64,000 nucleotides of DNA from Octopus sinensis. Taxonomy: Eukaryota. This document shows positions 26,566 through 38,103 of the stretch, in pieces. Numbering within the stretch: the first letter of the stretch is position 1; each line of letters starts with the position of its first letter. The position numbers and the translations under genes are program-made. The notes beneath the pieces were generated by a model that saw only the letters and a program-made list of their open reading frames with translations, made no database searches and was not told the DNA's origin. The stretch lies in NCBI RefSeq assembly GCF_006345805.1, contig NC_043001.1:97092001-97156000 (forward strand), given 5' to 3'.

Positions 26566-27093
26566 TATTGGTATCGGTTAAAGTAGCAGTTTCTTGACGA
26601 AGCGGTATGTATAAATTACCTTCTGCCTATAACCGGCCTTGGATAGTGCGGCGTTATAAAATTCCGCTTTCTGCATAAAAATATCGGCACTGGCGGACAA
26701 GCCAGACAATCTTAGAGAGATGTTATCACGGCAGTAGCCACTGACAGCCGAACGATCAAACGCACACACGTACACAAAAAATGTTTTCTACCCCTACGCC
26801 AACACACACATATATAGAACAGTATACACACACACACGTCTCTAAGTAGATTTTTTCTCGCCCCTTATAAAACATCCAATATTCCTTAAATAGTCAGAAC
26901 TTTATGCTCGGTCACAAAGAACATCTATACACCCTCACCCACATGATTGACCGATGCCTGACCCGTTGAATTCTTCAGCCACCGGTTCTCAACATACACT
27001 GATAAACAGTTTCGCCATGGGCTCTTAGGAGCATAGTTCGATTTGTTTTTGCTCAGCCTCTGTTCTGTTTTTGTTTTTCCAGCGGATTTCCTG

Positions 27094-27183
27094 TTTTCTT
27101 CCTGAAGAGAAAGACACAATATGGTCCCATTATTCAATCGGATTTTGGTAATTTGTGCCTTTCGAAACACGTGTAGAATGAAA
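27094..27183 (+). ncRNA. Type-I minimal hammerhead ribozyme in the inverted pLTR
   Basis: TTTCTTC-CTGAAGA(27102-27108)-GAAAGACACAA...TTGTGCCTTTC (helix II, 10/11 bp)-GAAAC-ACGT-GTA(27175)-GAATGAAA. Helix I is TTTCTTC/GAA(T)GAAA. The core is intact and helix III has a palindromic loop. Confidence 0.8.
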
Positions 27184-27392
27184 TAAAACGATTTCTGTTC
27201 AATCTGCGTTCAGCCCCATTTCTTCAATTCACCAATAATGTTTTAATTTCAATTATCCGCACCAACGCACGGTTGCAACGCCAGATGGTTGTACCTCCAA
27301 CCGTGCTGTTTACTGCTGTGATTTTTGCTACTAAGGTATCGGTTAAACTTTTGATTAATCTACTACAAGATTATTCATCTTTCTATTTCACA

Positions 27393-27445
<53 letters not shown>

Positions 27446-27466
27446 TATACCTTATATATATATATA

Positions 27467-27506
<40 letters not shown>

Positions 27507-27517
27507 CTTATATAATA

Positions 27518-27550
<33 letters not shown>

Positions 27551-27595
27551 TATATACATTTATATATATTATATATATATATATATATAATATAT

Positions 27596-27810
27596 ATGGC
27601 CTAGTGGTTAGGGCAGCGGACTCGCGGTCGCAGGATCGCGGTTTCGATTCTCAGACTGGGCGTTGTGTGTGTTTATTGAGCGAAAACACCTAAAAGCTCT
27701 ACGAGGCTCCGGCAGGGGGTGGTGATCCCTGCTGTACTCTTTCACTACAATGGCGGTGCCCCAGCATGGCCACAGCTCAAGAGCTGAAACTGGAAAAACA
27801 AAAACAAACA
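27596..27810 (+). mobile_element. Chimeric SINE (family C head plus family A-like tail)
   Basis: C head to CTCTTTCAC.ACAA, then TGGCGGTGCCCCAGCATGGCCACAGCTC...GAAACTGGAAAAA. Confidence 0.85.
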
Positions 27811-27814
27811 AATA

Positions 27815-27853
<39 letters not shown>

Positions 27854-27945
27854 ATATAAATATATATTTACATATAAATATATATATATATAAATATATA
27901 TAAATATATATATAAATATATATATATATATAAATATATATATAT

Positions 27946-28000
<55 letters not shown>

Positions 28001-28170
28001 ATACGACAGGCTTCTTTTCCGTCTACCAAACAAATCCACTCACAAGGTTCTAGTCGGCCCGAGTCTATAGTAGAAGACACTTACCCAAGGTGACACGCAG
28101 TGGGACTAAACCTGGAACTCTGTGGTTGGGAAGCATGGTTCATACCGCACACCCACTCCTGCGCCTATAG

Positions 28171-28238
<68 letters not shown>

Positions 28239-28294
28239 GATAGATAGATAGATAGATAGATAGAGAGAGAGATAGAGAGAGAGGGAGAGATAGA

Positions 28295-28500
28295 GTTATA
28301 TATTTAAGAGATGAGGAATTATGTACATTATTTACATTATTTACATTTGACGGATATTTGTCTTCATTTTCTTTCTTGTTAACACAACATTTCAGCTGAT
28401 ATATGCTCTAAGTTTCATCAGGTGACGTGGGAAAATTTCGAACCTGGGTTCTCATTCCTAAGGTATTTTTCGATGCTGTTATTATCATTATTTTTGTTAT
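28295..28500 (-). mobile_element. Solo pLTR-like repeat with a degenerate hammerhead
   Basis: CAC-CTGATGA-A...CAGCT-GAAAT-GTT-GTG at 28384-28426 (-). Its downstream part recurs at 30875-31020. Confidence 0.55.
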
Positions 28501-28530
28501 TATTATTATTATGATTATTATTACTACTAC

Positions 28531-28631
28531 TCAGGTCACTGCCTGGAATCGAAATCGGAATCTTGGGGGTTAGTAGCCCTCGCCCTTAACCACTACGCCA
28601 TATGCCCGTGGGCATATGGCCTAGTGGTTAA
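28531..28631 (-). mobile_element. tRNA-derived SINE head with a head-to-head partial copy
   Basis: Minus strand GGGCATATGGCGTAGTGGTTAAG (A-box-like)...GATTTCGATTCC (B-box-like); the first 22 nt are repeated inverted at 28610-28631. Confidence 0.7.
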
Positions 28632-28849
28632 TAATGTTTAATAAAAATTAACGTAATTTATGGTAACTCTTCACCCCGAGCTCTTGAGGGAAAGTCAATC
28701 ACTTTAAAACATGAACTCAGGATGGTGAGCGAGAAACTCCGCCATCGCGTGTGAATTTTTGAACGAGCTAGCATCAATCGTAAGTTTGCTTCAAACCCAC
28801 AAGCATTATACAGAGAGACGAGGTAGGAAAATATTACCATTAAGAAAAA

Positions 28850-29438
28850 ATTGGGAACGAAAAGAAGTATTTAAACCTGAATGCATCATGGTAAAATATA
28901 ATTGAGAGAGAATACTGTACCTACATTCACAGCAAAACATACAAAATTGATGCAGAAACTTTCGCTATAGCAGTAGTCAAACTGCAAAATGGGTAGGCAC
29001 CTGGATGAGACCTAATAGTTGGATATTGGTACAAGAAGCTGACATTTTATAGAAACAATTGACATGTATGTTCAAAATGACTATGAGGTATGTTCAAATC
29101 TTCTGTCAAATGTAAGCATAACAGGCCGGATATTGTTGTTTGTACCATCATGGTGGTCAGCTGCCTTTCAGATATAAATATCTCTTTGAAAATCAAAGAA
29201 AAAGAAGATATCCATGGACAACTGCTTCGAAACGTCCACCTTCTATATCCAGACTATGAATTCATGTTCATAACCATAATAATTGGAACACTAGGTTATA
29301 AGTAAATGGTTAAAGGATAATCTGTATAAACTGAGATTTTCAGAAAGAGAGATTGACCAATTGATTCATACGTTACAAGTCCAATCTATGAGTGGAAGAA
29401 TAAAAATATGCAAGGCTTTTCTCAAGTTCCAAATGTAA
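28850..29438 (+). mobile_element. 3' remnant of a restriction-like-endonuclease (RLE) non-LTR retrotransposon
   Basis: KCKHNRPDIVV...SCLSDINISLKIKEKEDIHGQLLRNVHLLYPDY...IIIGTLG...KICKAFLKF* has the RPD...E/K pattern of the PD-(D/E)xK domain of R4/CRE-type LINEs. Confidence 0.7.
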
Positions 29439-29567
29439 ATTCGTTTGTTGGAAACCGGCTCCCTCCTCAGCGGATGATTTATAATAATTAAAAACTAAAA
29501 GAGACGTACATATACCCACTCATCGATCCGTCGATGCATCCGCACACACACACACACACACACACAC

Positions 29568-29659
<92 letters not shown>

Positions 29660-29664
<5 letters not shown>

Positions 29665-29934
29665 GGAGAGTTTACGATAAAAACAAAAGACGAAGACAGT
29701 TAGTGTACAAAACAAACAGATGTATTACTATAACGCTCAGGAATAGAAAAAAATCTTTTACGTTTCGAGCCTACGCTCTTCTACAGAAAGGGACACAGAA
29801 AAAACAAGGAGAGAAACAAGGAGAGAAAAAAATGTGTGTAGTGGTGGCTAACGATCTATCATGGTGACTGACTCGGACAGAAGGTTCACACACGAGCAGG
29901 AAAATAGGGGAGATAACAAAGTAAAGATGACCCC

Positions 29935-29940
<6 letters not shown>
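29660..29940 (-). mobile_element. Solo pLTR-like repeat with a variant hammerhead
   Basis: CTTT-CTGTAGA-A-GAGC-GTAG-GCTC-GAAAC-GTA-AAAG at 29755-29790 (-). Flanks are homologous to 46800-47010; (TA)n on both sides. Confidence 0.65.
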
Positions 29941-29980
<40 letters not shown>

Positions 29981-30043
29981 GCACTTTGTGTACTAATGCG
30001 TTTGGCTGTACATTGTCCGTCTATTTGCATATATGCATATATA

Positions 30044-30105
<62 letters not shown>

Positions 30106-30915
30106 GTGTGTGTGTGTGTGTCTATGTATGTACCGGTATGATGCGTCTGCATCATTTTATATTCATATATATAAGTGTCTTTCTGCGTATTAATAAGTGT
30201 GACTATGCTTGCATAAGTAGATCCATATCAATATACTTGTAAGCAAGTTTGTTCGCATTTATGCTAACATCCATTTAAATACGAATTACAGTAAGACAAC
30301 TTAACTACAACATAACGCAGAAGTTATTTCTATTGGGCCAATATTTCCCATATATAAATAGACTTATCTAATTAAGAATAAACATTCGACTACCATCACC
30401 ACTAAACTTTAACCTTCATTCTCTGTGACCGTCTAAACCCTAAAATTCGATCTGAATATTATAATTATCAATTACTATATTTCCCGGCGTTAATTCTATT
30501 TCCTATAGCCAAGAGCTCCCAAGACAATCTCCATCCTAATGCATCCGGTGATTAAACTGTCACTCGTTTGGATATATTGAAGTAACCAGTTACGTAAATA
30601 ATTTTTACCCCAATACACATACACACGCACACATACAAACTTTCACACGCGAACACCATTCACTTAATTATGCATGTATAAATGCATACATACGCCCGCA
30701 TGCACAAATATCTTTGCTTATATACATGTATGTATGAATGTTAAATATGTGTGCATATGTATATATGTATGTATGTATGCATGTATGTATGTATATATAG
30801 ACAAACACATGTAGAAATATGCACTTATATACATATGCATATGAATATAATTTCATATACACTTATATATATAGTTCTATATTTAAGAGATGAGGAATTA
30901 TGTATATTATTTTCT

Positions 30916-31021
30916 TTATTTACATTTATTACATCTGATGGATATTTGTCCACATCTTGTTTGTTGTTAACAACAAACACGATGAAGACAAATATCCGTC
31001 AAATCTAAATAATGTAAATAA
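30916..31021. repeat. Spacerless fold-back palindrome centred on GTT|AAC
   Basis: Axis at 30968/30969; inner 32-bp arms have 4 mismatches and the outer arms are looser. Confidence 0.85.
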
Positions 31022-31094
31022 TGTGTGTATATATATATATATGTGTGTATGTGTTCGTGCGTATATGCGCGTGCATGTGTGTCTGTATGTGGGA

Positions 31095-31380
31095 GAGAGG
31101 CACATGGCTCAGTGGTTAGGGCGCTGGATCGCAAGATTGTGATTTCCATACCTGGACCGGCAATGCGTTCCACTCTTGAGCAAGACGCTTCATTTCACAC
31201 TGCTACAGTCCACAGCCTGTAAAAATGAATAACGATATGACTGACCGGTGTCACGCTCATGGAGAATTTTATACACTGGAGAATTTTATACACCAGAGAA
31301 CTGGCTTTATGCACGTTACAGAGCATAATGTTCTAACCATACCCACACACACACACGCGCGCACACATACACACACATAT

Positions 31381-31411
<31 letters not shown>

Positions 31412-31569
31412 CATATATATACGCATACATATATATATATATTATATTCACACAGACACATACACAAACGCACACATACATATATATGTACATATGTATG
31501 TATATATATATATACATATGTGTGTATATAGGTGTATATACGTGTGTTTGTATGCATGTGTATGTTTAC

Positions 31570-31600
<31 letters not shown>

Positions 31601-31632
31601 AGTGTATATACGTGTGTTTGTATGCATGTGTA

Positions 31633-31722
<90 letters not shown>

Positions 31723-32076
31723 GGCTCACGATCATATGGTCGTGATTTTGAAAACTAGCGGCACGTTGATTCCTTCAGCAAGACACTTTATTTCACATTG
31801 CTCCACTCCACCCAGCTGTCAACAACGCGTTGTAGCTGTGTTTCAAGGAGAGAGCTATGTCACACTCAGCTTCCCACTGAATACCCCTGAGATCTATGTT
31901 AAATGGCGTGTCCTTGTGGTGTGCTCATCCACTTGGACGTTCATTTGAGGAGAGGGCAGTTCCGTTGGTCGGATCGTCTTAAACCCTCGTCGTTGTAACC
32001 GACGGAGTACCAGTGGATACCTTTATGCATGTATTTATTTCTGTTTGTCTGCGTGTGTACCGTTACGTACGTGCGC

Positions 32077-32115
<39 letters not shown>

Positions 32116-34012
32116 TGTTTGTTCATCTGTATGTGTGTCCGTGTGTGTGTGGGACTGTTTTAGAATATTTCAAATGTTGGATGAAAACAATTCTAATAAA
32201 ACGAATGTATTCACTAGTTATAAAAGGAATTTCTTTCTGTGTTGAAACCTGATGATACAATAGGTTCATGACATATCTTTTAGACATTTCTGTATTGAAG
32301 CATGGCGTGGAAAACTATGATATTTTTTCCCATAAATTTTTTTAAAACTGTAATATTCATGGATGTATTCGCCAATTTTCCAACGCTCAGGAATATATTA
32401 AGCTGTTTACGAAACAAATATTCCAGGCGATTGCATAATTCAAAACAACACCCCAACGTGGTAATCCTTAAACGCAAAATTCTCCGCACGAACGTACTTA
32501 TATATTCACAATAGCATTTGAAAAAAAAAATAACAACATTTAAAATCTATTTTACGTTTGTGGCGAGCTGGCAGAATCGTTACCACGTGGGGCAAAATGC
32601 CTAGCCGCACTTCTTGTATCATTATTTGCTGAGTTCAAGTTCCGCCGAGGAGGACATTGTCTTTATTTTTTCGTAGTCGATGGAATAAGTACCAGTTAAG
32701 TACTGAGGTCTCTTCATTCGATTATCCCCTTCCCCACCTAATTTCAGGCCTTGAGTCTATAATAGAAAAGATTATCAACATTATTAGCAATATTAATACG
32801 CCAACTTTTTGTTTTCTACGCACCTCGGGTGTGTGTGACACTTCAAAGGAAGAGGGAAAACGATTGAAGGAATAGGTAAAAAAGAGAGAAACAAAAGGTG
32901 TTAAGCAGAGGAGGTATAGTTGAAGAGAGTGTCAAAGCAGGAGAGCGGAGGACAGAGAGGAAGTGAGAGAGAAAGAGAGAGAGAGAGAGACAGTGAGTGG
33001 TGACTGAAAGGATCGTGGTGTTCCATTTTTTAAATGTTTTTTTAGTCTTTTCAGACTAGACTGGTTTATATATCTACTTTTCTTTGCGATCCAAAGGAAA
33101 GCAGGTGCACAGATCTAAAGAAAGGTTGATACATCGATACGTAGACGTATTTTTAAATCGAAGACAAATAACTACAGCAAATATAGGTTGTCACTTTCAC
33201 TTTTCATAACAACTCGACGATAAAATTAACTCGGAAGTGGCTGCGTATTCCACAGACATGCATACTATTACAATAGTTTTCCGTGAAATCCAGCCTCACA
33301 CAGAATATAACAAGGCTGGTCCCTTTCAATTACAGCTACAACTCACATGGCTAGCTGACTTGCCTGGAGCAAGATAAACCTTCAAGTGGTTAGAAGAAAA
33401 CAAAAATAAGATCCAATATAGAGGCAGGAAAATCTTTTCAGTGGTTAGGGCTACTATGGGTGTTAATCCGGTCCTAACAGCGGCATTTGTGGGTCTCACA
33501 GGTCTGAAGGACAAGTGCCAGATAAACACCGATGTGCAGGCTGTTGCCATCAAACTGAGCGTGAGTCTAGGGCGAAGTCATTACACGACGTAATAGCAGT
33601 TATTTCGGTTTAGCTGTCACTGCTTATACTAAACACATGGCTTTTTGCCTTACGATATGGAATATTTCCTATTCTTTCACGTTATTTTTAAAAACTGTAC
33701 TCCGTCTTTTACGACGACGAGGTTCCTGTTTATCTGATCGACCAAACAGTGCGTTCTTAAAGTTGGCGCTCAAGTGACTGAGTACTCCACAGACATGCAT
33801 GCCATAACATAGTTATCAGGAAAATTCAACCTCACACAGAATGTGACCAGGCTGGCCCCTATAAATTACAGCTACAACTCGTTCTTACCAGCTGCGTGGG
33901 CTGTAGCAAGGTGAAGTAGAGTACCTTGCTCAAGAACACAGTCCGCTGTCGAGAATCGCACTCATGACTAAACGATTGTAGGCTGAATACCATCAACCAC
34001 TGAGCCACGCAC
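31095..34012. mobile_element. Cluster of old SINE fragments (family E): about 31095-31320(+), 31722-32005(+), 33210-33600, 33715-34012(-)
   Basis: CATGGCTCAGTGGTT...CTTGAGCAAGAC..TT.ATTTCAC..TGCT heads. A CCACAGACATG...CCTCACACAGAAT...AGGCTGG.CCCT...ATTACAG.TACAACTC block is duplicated at about 33250 and 33790. Confidence 0.65.
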
Positions 34013-37000
34013 ATTCTCTTTTTTAACCGTAGGGAAAAGGAGTGAAGCGATAGAGACAGAGAAAGGAAGGGCTCAATCATTTAAAATAACAATTAGACTG
34101 AAATACGACCGATCTTTTCTAGCTGCTTTTAACAATGAAAAAGAGGGAAAAACATTCAGTAATGAATAGAGAGAAAGTTTTTCAGGCGTTTACGTTTTCT
34201 TTCTGTGAGTTATAGAAAGATCTAGTGTTAGTTCTCTCTTCTTTTTCCCTCACCCCCGTTGCCTATTTGCTGTGTTTGATAGTTCTCGAGTCTTTTAATT
34301 GGTGGAAAAGACCATGTTTTTTTTTCAGGCACGTTTTCACTACAAACTACTTCCATTTTCTTTCACACAAAAACTAATGCAAATTTTGAAAAGGGTATAG
34401 ATGTGAAAAGAGCACAGAAATATGGGTGGGGGTAAAAAAACTGCCAACAGGTGGCTACACGAAATTCCACTCTATACTTTAAACCGCGTTTTCTACTCTA
34501 GCCAGAGGCCAACTAAAGCCACGTGATTTCGTAGAAGGAAACAGAAAGAAGCCCGTCATGTACACGCACAGACACACACACATATATGTAAATATTTATG
34601 TGTGTGTTTGTGTCTTTGTTTGTCCCTCCACCAACATCGCTTGACAACCGATGCTGGTGTGTTTACGTCTCTGCCACCTAGCTGTTCGGCAGACAAGACT
34701 GATAGAATAAGCACCAGGCTTACAGGAATTAAGTTAAGTTCAGGGGTCGATTTCTTCGAATAAAGGGCGATGCTCCAGCATGGTCACAGTGAAATGACTG
34801 GAAGAAGTAAAAGAATAAAAGAATACCAGAAGAACGTTCCACACAACTAAACCAACAGGGTTCTCTGAATACGTACGATGTATTTTGAGGATAAATATTA
34901 ATTCTGTTTGCGTTTGCGTAACTGAGATATTTTGGCTGGATTATATAGTTATCGTCTTCACACTTCATTCTATATTCTGTAAGTGTCGCAGATGCTTACA
35001 TTTGTTTAAGGTTTCCGTGAAGTTTTCACCGGTTCAGCTAGGTTTTATTATTGTTGTTGTGATTATTATTGTTAAAATATTAAGGCGGCGAGCTGGTGGA
35101 AACGTTAGCACTTCGGACAAAATGTTTTGCGCAATTTCGCCCGTCTTTACGTTTTGAGCTTAAATTCCGCCGGGGTCGACTCTGTCTTTTATCCTTTCGG
35201 GTCGATAAATTAAGTAACAGATGAGCTGTAAGGTCGATGTAATCGACTTATCCATCCACTAAAACTCCTAGCCTTGTGTGTTAAAAATTAAAACCGTTCC
35301 TATTATTACAATTTTATATTCTTTCAACTGTGTTTCAGTTACACCTCTAATATATCCCTGATACCTTGTACAAAGAAAATCAACGCATACATTAGAAGGC
35401 CATTAAAATAAACACACCAGATTGTTCATTTTCAAAATCAAATGAATTTATGCTAACAAAACTTATTTACATGGATGGTACACATCTGACTGCGACAATG
35501 CTCTTCTCAATACGTGTAAAGTAGCAGTTAACACAATCACATTTCTCGAAGTGATGGTAAGACTTGTATAATTTTCAAACAAATTCATTTCTGTTTTTGA
35601 TCATACCAAGTGCTCTATAACACTTTAAAAAAATTAATAAGCAAATCTTTATACTTTATATATTCTGAGCGTACCATATTCATTTGTCGAGACATTATGA
35701 TCACGATGAATACTCACGTCAATCAATAAGCAAACTTTTATGATTATTACTGTCTGGAAGATATTACTTAATATATAACTTTCATCTAGGTACAGTGCAT
35801 TATTTATTTAGATTTTGATACGTTCTTATCCACGATCCTAAGTAATCTTTCAGATTTTGAGCTCAACGTTTGCGTTTACATACGTGCAGTGTTAACCTAC
35901 CCATTATCTTTTTGATGTATAACATACAATAATTTGTCAGAATAAACTAAAATTTTGTTCTAAGATACTAATGATATCAAGTAGATTAAAAGACTTAAAT
36001 ACAGAGACGATATAGGAAGCTTTTTATATACTACTTTGATTGCGTTCAAATCTTCGTAGTAAACTCTCTAGCATTTGTATAAAGCTCCACAACTGTAAGA
36101 TAACTAAATACATAATTGTAAATTCATGGACGTGTTTATAACCAAATGTAAGACAGGAATTCACTTCAAACTCTGAACGACAACTATTACGTCAAATTCG
36201 ATGTTTCACGTCAAGTCAACGGAAGCTTAATTTTCTTTGATATCGTGTGAACTTACATTATATATTAATTAACAAATTACTATTTCCTTGATATATTTCC
36301 TTCAGTTATATATTTATTGTTAGTTGGGTCTATATTATGATTACTAATGCTTTGAAAGATAGACATTTATTTCTTAGTTTCATTGCAATAAGAGCTAGTC
36401 ATTCAGACATACCTCAACTTTCAATTAACGGTAATTACCTTAATTCCCATACATAGAAGGAGCATAACCAAGCTACGCATCTCATTTATAATTAAAGTAT
36501 CAGGTTTATTTTAACTGTCGGTTCTTGACACAGCTTTCTCTCGGCATTATTGTGTTTTGGATGGCGTTGCTAACACAATTCCGACAATTGGTAATCGTAT
36601 CTGACATTAACCACTTAATTTCATAATCTTTATATTAGATGAATATACGTATGTCGATAGCATATACATCATATATAATATGATGTGATAAAGCAAATAA
36701 AATACTGCAAATTCGAAAAGCTTGATATCGTGGGCGGTCTACTTGATAAGTGCCATTCTCCAGCGACCACTGTAAAACAATTACATTATTATTCTACGTT
36801 GCAATAATATAATTTTCAGGAAAAAAGGAGAAAGAGAGAGACAGAGACAGAGAAAGGGAGAAAGAGAGAATGAGGAGACAGCTAACACTCTAGATAGACA
36901 TTTAAATATCAAGGAAGAGAACGAGAGTCATATAAGTTATATATGTCCTCATATAAAGCTAGCAAACTATCGAAGCGTGTTTGTTTTTGACTATACATTA

Positions 37001-37015
37001 TGCCGAAAGACCAAT

Positions 37016-37061
<46 letters not shown>

Positions 37062-37402
37062 TGCGATCAACAGTCCTCCTAATTAAAGAAGGAGTGGGAA
37101 AAAGTGAGGTAATAAAGCATGTGCAAGAACTGTAGAACTCAGAAGCAGCCTCCTGGTTGGTATATAGTCATCAGCATCATTCTCGTCAAAGGCAAGGTCG
37201 CCGCCGTACAAGATACAATACACTAAGCACAATTGCCACGAGGCTATTTTCAGTATTATTTTCATTCTGCATTGTTACACTAGACGAAGGTGTGGTTTGA
37301 TATCATTTGTAAGATTTCTGCTTCACTTATTTCATGTTCATGCTTTTAGTACTGTCTCTCTCCCTCTTTCTCTTCCTTCTCCCTTCTCTCTCTGTATATA
37401 TA

Positions 37403-37472
<70 letters not shown>

Positions 37473-37573
37473 CGTACCTGTGTATGTGTGTATTTATCGA
37501 TATATGTATAAACACGTATGGATGAGTGTATGTATATATATATATATTAATATAAATATATATATATATAAAT

Positions 37574-37809
37574 ATTATATAAAAGGGCTTAGTAAAATAA
37601 ATTACTTTGCCGCATACTGAACTCATTAGAAATAGCAGCTAAAAACCTTTTTTAAAGCTATTTCTAATACTTAAAGAAAATCTCTCTCATATATGAGAGA
37701 GATTTTCTTTAAGTATTAGAAATAGCTTCAAAAAAGTTTTTTAGCTGCTATTTCTAATGAGTTCAGTATGCGGCAAAGTAATTTATTTTACTAAGCCCTT
37801 TTATATAAT
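37574..37809. repeat. 236-bp spacerless palindrome
   Basis: Symmetry axis between 37691 and 37692 (...CTCATA|TATGAG...); 118-bp arms, 2 mismatches, no indels. Confidence 0.97.
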
Positions 37810-37904
37810 GTAATAATTTGAATTCGCCTTGAATGGTCCCTTTGCATACTGAACACTTGGTGAAATTGATTAATAATTAATTAATTTTGCCCTCAATTGT
37901 TGAA

Positions 37905-38103
<199 letters not shown>

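Larger units (their letters stand above)
23132..27244 (-). mobile_element. Near-intact Penelope-like element (C-terminal GIY-YIG type) with inverted pseudo-LTRs
   Basis: RT plus GIY-YIG ORF at 23879-26565. Segment 23132-23655 is an inverted repeat of 26722-27244 with very few differences. A hammerhead motif lies in each repeat. The left end abuts a (TA)n tract. Confidence 0.93.

Noticed and set aside
28531-28610. Functional tRNA gene
   Set aside because: No proper acceptor stem or anticodon arm, and it is embedded in a repeat; a SINE-type head.
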